Shown here piece after piece: positions 17,865 through 25,298 of a stretch of 32,000 nt of DNA. The stretch comes from Staphylothermus marinus F1 (GTDB taxonomy: Archaea; Thermoproteota; Thermoprotei_A; Sulfolobales; Desulfurococcaceae), in NCBI RefSeq assembly GCF_000015945.1, contig NC_009033.1:450001-482000 (forward strand), written 5' to 3'. Every line of letters starts with the position of its first letter. Positions within the stretch are counted from its first letter, which is position 1. Made by a program: the position numbers and the translations under genes. The notes beneath the pieces are model-generated. The model did no database searches, was not told the origin of the DNA, and saw nothing but the letters and a program-made list of their open reading frames with translations.

Positions 17865-18990
17865 CCTCTGCTTGATTCACTAGTTTAATTGCTATATCCA
17901 TTGTGTCTTGAAGAGCTTGTTTAAGTATATAGTAGTCTTCCCTACTAGCACTTGTTTCTGGATGAGGTGGTCTCAGCAAACATGTTCCAACATCTCGTGA
18001 CAATATATGAAAACCTAGTTTTCGCGCTTGCTCTATTATTTCTAGTTTATCCATAAAAGCTACTGGTCTATATATGGGTTTAGGAGAGATACTAGATAAT
18101 ATATATAGGTTTCTAAGTGTTTGGGATGCAACTTGGCCAACGGCTTCACCGGTAACTATCCCTAAGCATTCTTCTTTGTCTGCAATAATAGAAGCTATTC
18201 TATACATGTTAGCTTTGCATAATAAGCATCGGAGACGGGCCGGTATATTTGTTGATTCCAATATTTTCTCTGCTCCACGAACTATGTAGGTCTTAATTTT
18301 GTCCCATGGAACCCATTCATATACTAGAGATAATGCTTCATAGAATCTCCTCCTAGCTTGTTCAGACCAGTATTTTCCGAGATCAATGAATACAGGTATT
18401 ATACGTGCTCCCCTCTTCATAGCATACCATGCTGCTAACGAAGAATCCACTCCACCAGATAATAGAACAACTAAGCAACCTTCTACTCCATAAGGTAAAC
18501 CCCCGACCCCTCTATAGATCTTGTTGGTAATATATGCTTTTCCTTGACGAATATCAATAATGTATTCCTCATCAGGAGATCGTAGGTCAATATATGTTTT
18601 AGCCTCATTAACAATAATAGATGCAAGTAATTTTTCGAGAAACAACCTATTATACCCAGATTCCCCCATGACTCTTAATCTAATACTCTTAGGTTTACTA
18701 TGAGAGATCATATCTATCAACACATCAGTTATCATTGATAAATTATAATCCACCATAACTACCGGGCTCGTACTGCTAACGCCGAATACTTTAGCCAACT
18801 TACCAGCAACTTCTTCTGCAATAGTACTACTAAGACCAGATACAACTATTCTAGACCCCCCGACAATATCGACGTTTTCATATCTATAATTATTCCTGTT
18901 CAAAACACGCACAATGCTATCTCTAAGTCTTGAAACCATAAATTTAGTTGTAACTGATCCATATCTTACCATGAACTCTCCTGGTCGCAC
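17845..18990 (-). CDS. thiI: tRNA sulfurtransferase ThiI (THUMP + PP-loop ATP pyrophosphatase)
   Basis: PP-loop LLSGGVDSSLAAWYAMKRG. The N-terminal ferredoxin-like/THUMP region starts VRYGSVTTK. CLLCK Cys pair. GTG start. The 3' end overlaps the taw3 3' end by 20 nt. Confidence 0.85.
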   Translation of the reverse strand: MRPGEFMVRYGSVTTKFMVSRLRDSIVRVLNRNNYRYENVDIVGGSRIVVSGLSSTIAEEVAGKLAKVFGVSSTSPVVMVDYNLSMITDVLIDMISHSKPKSIRLRVMGESGYNRLFLEKLLASIIVNEAKTYIDLRSPDEEYIIDIRQGKAYITNKIYRGVGGLPYGVEGCLVVLLSGGVDSSLAAWYAMKRGARIIPVFIDLGKYWSEQARRRFYEALSLVYEWVPWDKIKTYIVRGAEKILESTNIPARLRCLLCKANMYRIASIIADKEECLGIVTGEAVGQVASQTLRNLYILSSISPKPIYRPVAFMDKLEIIEQARKLGFHILSRDVGTCLLRPPHPETSASREDYYILKQALQDTMDIAIKLVNQAEVKYYST

Positions 18991-19112
18991 AATTACTGCG
19001 TTAAACCCGCATCGTATATCACAACACCTCGCATTTTATTGTATCATAATAAATAAAAATATGTATATAACCCTATATTGATAAGTGAACAAATAAATTA
19101 AAGGTGACAACT

Positions 19113-19451
19113 ATGTCTAGTAATGAGGTTAGTTATGAAGAATTTATGCGTATAGATCTTAGAGTCGGATTTGTTAAAGAAGCTGAAAAGGTTAAGGGTA
19201 GTAAGAAACTATTAAAGCTAAAAGTGGATCTTGGAGAACTAGGTGAGCGCCAGATAATAGCTGGTTTAGGTGCTTGGTACAGTCCAGATGATCTCATTGG
19301 TAAATATATTATTGTAGTAGCTAATCTAAAGCCTAAGAGAATATTTGGATTAGTAAGTCAGGGAATGTTGTTGGCTGCTGATAGCGAGGATGGAGTCCCT
19401 GTTCTTTTAACCGTTGAAAAACCAGTAAAACCTGGAACTAGGATTAGGTAA
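19113..19451 (+). CDS. tRNA-binding domain protein (Trbp111/CsaA/MetRS-C-terminal-like OB fold)
   Basis: FMRIDLRVGFVKEAEKVKGSKKLLKLKVDLGE..RQIIAGL...LIGKYIIVVANLKPKRIFGLVSQGMLLAA matches the tRNA_bind family. AGGTGA upstream of ATG 19113. Confidence 0.85.
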   Translation: MSSNEVSYEEFMRIDLRVGFVKEAEKVKGSKKLLKLKVDLGELGERQIIAGLGAWYSPDDLIGKYIIVVANLKPKRIFGLVSQGMLLAADSEDGVPVLLTVEKPVKPGTRIR

Positions 19452-19458
19452 AACTCTA

Positions 19459-20862
19459 TTATTTCCTAGATTTTATTTTATTAAGATACCTCATATACCA
19501 GATCATTTTTGCTATACTAGCTACAGCTCTCTCCGCACTTGGATAAGCAGGTATACCATTCTTATTCAATAACCTAATTGCTTCACGAACGTCTTCTCCG
19601 CCAACAAACCCTGCAACCAACGGCTTACTATGAGCGGTTCCTTTATATTCTCCGTATAGTTTAACAATAGCATTCGCTAAGTCTCTGGGGTCAAGAATAG
19701 CTGTTCTACAATACAATAATATTATATTATGAATTTCATCTGATTCAAACGCGGTCCTCAATGCTTCTACATAGTTTTCAACAACGGCTTGACCAGTTAA
19801 ATCGATAGGGTTCTTCGCACTACCAAACCATGGCATAGTTTTCTTAAATTTCTCCTTAAGCTCAGGGCTTGGATCTAATAATTTAACATTGTGTTCTTCA
19901 GCTGCATCAGTTGCTAGAACACCTACTCCTCCACCATTTGTAATAATGATCGTTTCTTCGCCTCGAGGTATTGGTTGTGAAGCGAATGCTCTAGCCCAAT
20001 CAAACATTTCCTCTGTAGTATATGCTCTTATTATTCCTGCTTGTTTAAATGCTGCTTGATACAAGTTATCACTTCCAGCCAGGCTTCCAGTATGGCTTGC
20101 AGCAGCGGCAGCTCCACGTTTGCTTCTTCCAGCCTTAATTACAATTACAGGTTTCTTAACTGTAACTTTCTTCATTTCTTCAATAAATTTTCTACCAGTG
20201 CCAGGTTTTAGTCCTTCTAGATAAATTGTTATGACTTTAGTGTTTGGATCATTGGCTAAGTATTTAGAAACATCTATTACATCTATATCAGCCATATTAC
20301 CCATACTGACGAGAGCCGATATACCTATCTCTTCCATTATTGTCCAACCCATTAATGCTATTCCTAAAGCACCACTTTGCGTAATAAATGCTATAGGGCC
20401 CTCGAGAACATCTTTTGGACCAAATGTTGCATTCAATTTTGCAGGCGTATATGCTATGCCGAAAATGTTTGGTCCAAGAATCCTCATACCATACCTGCGT
20501 GCTATCTCAACAAGTTTTCTCTCAGCTTCAACATTTCCCACTTCGCTAAAACCAGATGTAATAACAACTAATACCTTTACACCTTTTTTACCACATTCCT
20601 CAGCAACTTTCGGGACAACCTGTTCAGGAACGACTATTATCGCCATATCTATTTCGTCGGGGACCTCGACAACAGACTTATATGCTTTATAGCCAAGTAT
20701 TTCATCAGCTTTAGGATTTATAGGGTATATTTTACCTTTATAACCATATTCAATAATGTTTTTCATAATAGTATGCCCGATCTTGCCTGGACTCCTACTA
20801 GCCCCTATAATCGCAATACTTCTAGGTTCGAATAAGGGTTTTAAACTATTATCGATTGCCAC
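19459..20862 (-). CDS. acdA: Acetate--CoA ligase (ADP-forming), alpha subunit
   Basis: Near full-length resemblance to archaeal ACD alpha: LFEPRSIAIIGASRSPGKIGHTIMKNIIEYGYKGKIYPINP, MRILGPNIFGI, ITQSGALGIALMGW, VIKAGRS..GAAAAASHTGSLAGSD. GTG start with GGTGA upstream. Confidence 0.92.
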   Translation of the reverse strand: MAIDNSLKPLFEPRSIAIIGASRSPGKIGHTIMKNIIEYGYKGKIYPINPKADEILGYKAYKSVVEVPDEIDMAIIVVPEQVVPKVAEECGKKGVKVLVVITSGFSEVGNVEAERKLVEIARRYGMRILGPNIFGIAYTPAKLNATFGPKDVLEGPIAFITQSGALGIALMGWTIMEEIGISALVSMGNMADIDVIDVSKYLANDPNTKVITIYLEGLKPGTGRKFIEEMKKVTVKKPVIVIKAGRSKRGAAAAASHTGSLAGSDNLYQAAFKQAGIIRAYTTEEMFDWARAFASQPIPRGEETIIITNGGGVGVLATDAAEEHNVKLLDPSPELKEKFKKTMPWFGSAKNPIDLTGQAVVENYVEALRTAFESDEIHNIILLYCRTAILDPRDLANAIVKLYGEYKGTAHSKPLVAGFVGGEDVREAIRLLNKNGIPAYPSAERAVASIAKMIWYMRYLNKIKSRK

Positions 20863-20922
20863 AGCTTGTCACCAACTACGCTCCAGTAACAGTATGTGTA
20901 TCTATCTATGTCGTATTGATAA

Positions 20923-20970
20923 AGTTTCTATATATTAAGGTTATAGTTTCTATACATGTTTTTAAATATA
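20923..20970 (-). promoter_or_regulatory. Direct repeat AGTTTCTATA x2 flanking A/T boxes upstream of acdA
   Basis: Exact 10-mers at 20923-20932 and 20945-20954 (22-nt spacing). TATATTAA lies between them and TTTAAATATA lies at 61-70 of this block (20961-20970). All sit 60-110 nt upstream of the acdA start. Confidence 0.25.
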
Positions 20971-21012
20971 CGTATATCTTCCTATTCAAGACAAGAACGA
21001 GCATAGTCTAGG

Positions 21013-21642
21013 TTATAAATTAATTTCTCCAAGGATTTCGAGTAACTTGTAACTAGGTGTTTCAACATAGTAGTCAACAACAAACATATATGGGTTGTTA
21101 AAAGTATCTACCAAGAATAATTTTGGCTTACCATATTTAGCTATCAATGGCAACATGTTTACAGGGGATAAAGCAGGCGTCAAACCAGTAATTATAAGGG
21201 CTTCCGCGGAGGTAACCTCGACAATGCTTTTAGCCAGTAATTTATAGTTAATTTTTTCACCTAATCCTCTATATTCCGGCTCTTTTATACAGCAATCACT
21301 ACATTTAAAACAACCGAGAAGCGGGATAACTTTTTCCTTCAGTAATTTTTCTTGATCACATATACATCTATATAGACAGTACGGGCTTGTAATAATGACT
21401 GATTGGAAACGATCGCTTCTTAAAATTTTAGTAAGTAAACCAACTATCTTGAGAACATCCTTACTCAGCGATGAACAATTAACAATAATGTCTTCATTAA
21501 TGATTTTTTGTCTAGCTGGTTTGTAATCATAGAATCCGCTGAGACCCAGAGAATATTCTAGCCCTGAACCGATAATCATAGATATTGATTCATAATTTTG
21601 AATTAGCTTCGTGAATTCCTCAATGCTTATAATGGAAACCAA
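21013..21642 (-). CDS. Degenerate Sir2/SIR2_2-like (DHS-like NAD-binding fold) protein, probably catalytically inactive
   Basis: It is collinear with sirtuin blocks, but key residues are replaced. ISMIIGSGLEYSLGLSGF corresponds to GAGxS...G(I/L)PxF/W. VIITSPYCLY corresponds to (V/I)ITQNID or ITTNYD. PLLGCFKCSDCC corresponds to LHG...CxxC. ALIITGLTPALSPVNMLP corresponds to GTSLxVxPa. TTG start lies immediately after the helicase stop. Confidence 0.55.
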   Translation of the reverse strand: MVSIISIEEFTKLIQNYESISMIIGSGLEYSLGLSGFYDYKPARQKIINEDIIVNCSSLSKDVLKIVGLLTKILRSDRFQSVIITSPYCLYRCICDQEKLLKEKVIPLLGCFKCSDCCIKEPEYRGLGEKINYKLLAKSIVEVTSAEALIITGLTPALSPVNMLPLIAKYGKPKLFLVDTFNNPYMFVVDYYVETPSYKLLEILGEINL

Positions 21643-23493
21643 TTATAATTCACCATATTGTTCAGCTTTATTATTAGACCATGGTGTCTTAGTGATGAAT
21701 CTATAGTATTTGCTAGCTGAATAAAGGTTTTTTATAATTGTTTCAAGCACTTCTTCGTTATTGATTCGGAAAGTATAGTGAAGCATTATTTGTTGAAAAG
21801 CTCCTGTTTCTAAGGGTATTTGCAGAATTGCCGAGATCCTTGTGAATTCGCCGTATCTTCTGAGAAGCCTAATAAGCTTTGTTAATACTTGGTCATAAGT
21901 ACCAGAAACCATTTTTAACTCTTTATTTTCCACATATGGCTTAATTCTTGCAACCAAACTTGTATCAGGGGTTAAGTATTCTTCAAAGTTTTCTTTGAGT
22001 ATAAACAAGTCATCTACTAGTGCATAGGTTTTATCTAGGAAAGTATATATGTATATAACCAGTCCCTTATCCTCCAATCTCCTAATAGCTTTTTCAACCA
22101 TGTCTCTGGGCATACCAGTAATTTCACTAATCCATCCAAGAGGCATTGGTTTTCCAGATAGTACAACTAGTATTCTATTTCTCGTTGTTTTTCTCCAAAG
22201 AGCTTCTAATGTTTCTTCATCGATGGGAACATCTACACCATTCTTCTTAGCAAGCTCTAATGCGTCTAGTAAACTATTCATGTCTGGTGTATCAGGTGTA
22301 ACAATGTATGCAACAAATTTTAATCCCTTCCTACCTGTTAGCCTTAATATTCTGCCATGTCTTTGAATAAACCTTAATGGGCTTGCTACATTACTCCATA
22401 TAATAAGCAGATCTGCTTGGGGAAGATCTATTCCTTCTTCACCTGCACTTGTAGAAATTATTATTTTTGTTTCTGAACTATGCGCTCTCTTCAATACTTC
22501 TCTAAGATCCGTTCTTAACTTAGTCTTACCGACGATGATTACCGGATTATAATGTATTAGTTTCTTCTCGAGATATTCAGCAACAATGACTCTATCGACG
22601 AATACAATTGCTTTATTAAAACCCTCATGATCACTTAGAACTCTTTTCAAAGCATCTAGTTTATGTAAAGGCCTTACCTCTTTGTTTTCAAGCATGGGCT
22701 TAATATGTGATAGTATAGATGCTAATAATGTATCTTTCTCTAAACTCTCCTTAAGAGCAAGCGCTCCATCTCTTATAAACCGTCTAATAGCTAGATTTAC
22801 CAATCCCCTATACTTTCCAATATATTCCAGTCTTGCCTCCTCGAGTCTCTCAAGTACTTGTTTCTCTGCATCGTTGAGTTCTGCTTCATATATTTCACCT
22901 ATCCATTCAGGCACGTACTTTTTTATTCTCTCATCAGTCCAGCTCCATACTCGTATTTTTCCAATATACTTTTCTATTTTATATCTGCGTGATCTGGGGA
23001 TATGTGCTGATAATCCAAGTCTCCACTTGAAAACTTTGTCTGTTGTCTTCATGAATTTAGCATATGCGTCTTTTCCGGTTGTATGATGGCATTCATTAAC
23101 AATTATTGCATCATAGTTGTTCTGGATAATTTGTTTTACATCGTTTAATGCTGTTTCAGGTGTTGCAACAGCAACTACGGCTTTTCTCCATAATTCTATT
23201 CTTTTATCCGGCGGATACCGTCCATGTATGGGGAGCGCTTTAATACCTAGTGTTTTTTCAAAATATCGAGCTGTTTGTTCTACTAGTATTCTTGTAGGTT
23301 CTAATACGAGTATTTTCTTTGCATGCTTCTTTTCCAAGAGCTCTTTGCTGAATAAAACTGCTATTAATGTTTTACCTGATCCCGTAGGCATAACTACCGT
23401 TGATCTTTTATTTGATAATGCCCACTTAGCAGCTTCTATTTGATAATCCCTTGGCTTTACTTTAAGACTAAAACCAGTCAATTTTCTACACAC
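21643..23493 (-). CDS. SF2 helicase of the Hef/FANCM/RIG-I-like type, with a C-terminal winged-helix and an unknown domain
   Basis: PRDYQIEAAKWAL, motif I MPTGSGKT, Ia LEPTRILVEQ, PDKRIELWRKAVVAVATPETALND (Hef-like), motif II VNECHH, III LGLSA, V STSAGEEGIDLP, VI QRHGRILR. wHTH-like LGWISEITGMPRDMVEKAIRRLEDKGLV. Confidence 0.85.
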   Translation of the reverse strand: MCRKLTGFSLKVKPRDYQIEAAKWALSNKRSTVVMPTGSGKTLIAVLFSKELLEKKHAKKILVLEPTRILVEQTARYFEKTLGIKALPIHGRYPPDKRIELWRKAVVAVATPETALNDVKQIIQNNYDAIIVNECHHTTGKDAYAKFMKTTDKVFKWRLGLSAHIPRSRRYKIEKYIGKIRVWSWTDERIKKYVPEWIGEIYEAELNDAEKQVLERLEEARLEYIGKYRGLVNLAIRRFIRDGALALKESLEKDTLLASILSHIKPMLENKEVRPLHKLDALKRVLSDHEGFNKAIVFVDRVIVAEYLEKKLIHYNPVIIVGKTKLRTDLREVLKRAHSSETKIIISTSAGEEGIDLPQADLLIIWSNVASPLRFIQRHGRILRLTGRKGLKFVAYIVTPDTPDMNSLLDALELAKKNGVDVPIDEETLEALWRKTTRNRILVVLSGKPMPLGWISEITGMPRDMVEKAIRRLEDKGLVIYIYTFLDKTYALVDDLFILKENFEEYLTPDTSLVARIKPYVENKELKMVSGTYDQVLTKLIRLLRRYGEFTRISAILQIPLETGAFQQIMLHYTFRINNEEVLETIIKNLYSASKYYRFITKTPWSNNKAEQYGEL

Positions 23494-23771
23494 AAGTATA
23501 GGATAGTGGATATGGTGTAAAAATAATTATTTTATGGATTATTACAAGTGTTGAACAACTCTCTTCATAATTGATGCATAAAGATCTATTGTATCCTCAT
23601 ATTTTGTCTCCGGAGGCCCTGTGTATATTATGTGCATTCTAAGGGACGATCCTTTGTCTTTAACTTCTTTAACCATGAACTGAGCTAGTGCCTTGCTAAT
23701 GGTTATATGCTTGGGTATCCTTTACCTAGCGGAGTTCTCTTTTTAAGTAACCTCCTCCCGAAATAGACTAT

Positions 23772-24007
23772 TTGCTTATTTGGATATTATGGTTGTTTTG
23801 GAAAATTGTGAAAACTATGATTGTTTTGGTAGATTGGTTGGGTTCGCTTTATAAACCCCTACTAACATGTATGGTTAATGGAATGCAGATGAAGGGCTCA
23901 AAGTGGTCTTGGTGGAGCCCCGATAGCCCCCTCAATGAAGGGATGAAGCCCCAACCCAAGAGGGGGAAGCCCGTGCATCATAAAGCACGGGCAACCACAC
24001 CTGTTAC
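23772..24007 (-). repeat. Copy A of a repeated ~200-240 bp element, inserted in the TIM-barrel pseudogene
   Basis: Removing 23772-24007 joins ...LRFSQ to IVYFGRRLLKKRTPLGKG in frame, restoring the EndoIV-like HxxDS...H.PLG.G region. 236 bp is not a multiple of 3. The boundaries fall in the imperfect direct repeat CAAGTA / CAAATA. It is homologous to 31651-31846 on the opposite strand. Confidence 0.6.
23894..23992. ncRNA. Candidate structured RNA: GC-rich triple-hairpin island (family and strand unknown)
   Basis: By my count, 60 of 99 nt are G/C in an AT-rich genome. Three consecutive stems: GGGCTC 23894-23899 / GAGCCC 23915-23920; CCCCCTC 23927-23933 / GAGGGGG 23960-23966; GCCCGTGC 23969-23976 / GCACGGGC 23985-23992. 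Confidence 0.3.
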
Positions 24008-24688
24008 TTGACTGAATCTAAGGCTTAAATATCCCTTGCTCATTTCAAGTGTTTTTCTCAGTATATTGAGCCAGAAGTCCTTGTTGACTTGTTTATCTGC
24101 CTGAATAAAGTTTCCATGTTGATCAATTCTTGTCTCATACATGAAAACGTTTTCTAACTGGACACTTGGAATAACTCTATCACTACCAACCATTTCTATA
24201 ATCGACTTAATTTCGTCTAGGCTCCCGATCTTTTTCGAGTATAAGTTGTTTCCAGGCTAATATACATGTTTTCAGGAGCGATCTCCAGCATTTTCTTAAC
24301 CATATCAGCTACTGCTTCTAAATCTCTATGATCCATGAATACTCTCCAACCAATATGGACGTTAAAAATAGAAGCTCCTGCCATAGCTGCTTTCTTAACA
24401 GCTGCTCTCATAGCTTTCAATATACATTTAGCGATCTCGGATGATCACTAACTAGATTATAGTATGGACCGTGAGCAATAATTGTTGTAAATGCTTTAGT
24501 TGCAAATTCTCGATAAGCTTCAAAATAGTCTGGACCTCTAGTTTTCCTTGAAAAATCCCATGGAGGTATTTCTGTTAATCTCATTCCAAGTATTGCAGCT
24601 TTGGTTAAAGTGTTTAATGCATTATACGTTCCCCAATCAAACAATATCATGTTTCCACCCATATATAATATATATGTTTCTGAAAATA

Positions 24689-25285
24689 TTAATAATTATC
24701 TAGAACAATATTTTGGAGACGATGACAGTATGTTTTAATCCTATAATCTTTACTTTTAATCTCGATCAATGCGTAAAAACCTTTGTAGCCGTCACCTGGA
24801 AAAATATATTTATCATTAACTAAACACTCCTTATATCCTCTACCAAAAACTACTATTTTAGGATGTAATGTTTTAATTAAGTGATCAACCATGCCAACAC
24901 CGTTCTTGAAAGGAGTTTTTATACTTGGATAAAAAGAAACAAGTATATCTAAATGCTTATTTTCCTTTAACAACCTATTAACTGATAGCTCGGGATTAAA
25001 ACCTATTCCACCAATATTTAACCCATCTATTTCAACTATTCTCCCATCAATAAATCCATTAATAGATTTCAATATTTTTATTACAGAAGGATCATCGAGA
25101 TTCCCTGCAACACCGAGTACACGGCCCTTTATTCTCTTACTTATCTCGTCTATAATTAGGGGAGAAACAATGTTTCCACAAAACAATACTACATCAATTT
25201 TTTCAGTATTGGCTAGGTAGATAATATATGGAACAAGATCTTCTCTACCATTAATATTTGAAGCGGCTAATATTCTTAATACCAT
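24689..25285 (-). CDS. Calcineurin-like metallophosphoesterase-fold protein lacking the canonical metal-ligand residues (predicted inactive)
   Basis: It is collinear with the MPE motifs, but the ligands are replaced. ILAASNING stands for SDxHG, VLFCGNIVS for GDxxD, VAGNLDD for GNH(D/E), and VVFGRGY for GHxH. ATG 25285 is preferred; the track ORF from 25342 would overlap the upstream gene by 44 nt. Confidence 0.6.
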   Translation of the reverse strand: MVLRILAASNINGREDLVPYIIYLANTEKIDVVLFCGNIVSPLIIDEISKRIKGRVLGVAGNLDDPSVIKILKSINGFIDGRIVEIDGLNIGGIGFNPELSVNRLLKENKHLDILVSFYPSIKTPFKNGVGMVDHLIKTLHPKIVVFGRGYKECLVNDKYIFPGDGYKGFYALIEIKSKDYRIKTYCHRLQNIVLDNY

Positions 25286-25298
25286 TAAGCCATCCCAC

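Larger units (their letters stand above)
23542..24662 (-). pseudogene. Xylose-isomerase-like / endonuclease-IV-like TIM-barrel gene, disrupted by three -1 frameshifts and a ~236-bp insertion
   Basis: The pieces read in order on the minus strand. (1) 24662-24417: ...IIAHGPYYNLVSDHP. (2) EIAKCILKAMRAAVKKAAMAGASIFNVHIGW...ISLETTYT. (3) KKIGSLDEIKSIIEMVG...LSLRFSQ. (4) After the insert: IVYFGRRLLKKRTPLGKGYPS. (5) HITISKALAQFMVKEVKDKGSSLRMHIIYTGPPE...VVQHL, stop 23542-23544. Frame changes lie near 24437-24441, 24231-24235 (T5/A5 run) and 23706-23712. Confidence 0.75.

Noticed and set aside
23788-23845. Mini CRISPR-like or tandem-repeat array (ATG[G/A]TTGTTTTGG...)
   Set aside because: There are only two imperfect ~29-nt units and no spacer-repeat periodicity beyond that. 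I treat it as an internal duplication of the inserted element.
23890-24000. tRNA gene, tRNA fragment (integration att site), or SRP / RNase P RNA piece
   Set aside because: On neither strand could I build a 7-bp acceptor plus D, anticodon and T arms. No GTTCRANYC-like T-loop is present, and no conserved SRP helix-8 or RNase P motifs either.
23772-24007. Bulge-helix-bulge (archaeal splicing-endonuclease) intron in a protein-coding gene, as is known for cbf5 in some Crenarchaeota
   Set aside because: I could not fold the two junctions into a helix / 3-nt bulge / 4-bp helix / 3-nt bulge motif. The host gene also carries three independent frameshifts, so it is not functional even if spliced. The idea remains testable by RT-PCR.
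23772-24011. 79-aa plus-strand ORF (MLIWILWLFWKIV...KRGKPVHHKARATTPVT) as a real gene
   Set aside because: It lies inside the inserted element, antisense to the pseudogene. The composition is odd (Trp/Lys-rich). Its homologue at copy B is in a different frame and is interrupted by stops.
24229-24237. Programmed -1 ribosomal frameshift at CGA-AAA-AGA (A5 run), by analogy with known archaeal -1 recoding sites
   Set aside because: It is not a full X-XXY-YYZ heptamer. Two further -1 shifts and an insertion would also be needed to express the protein. Mutational decay is more parsimonious.
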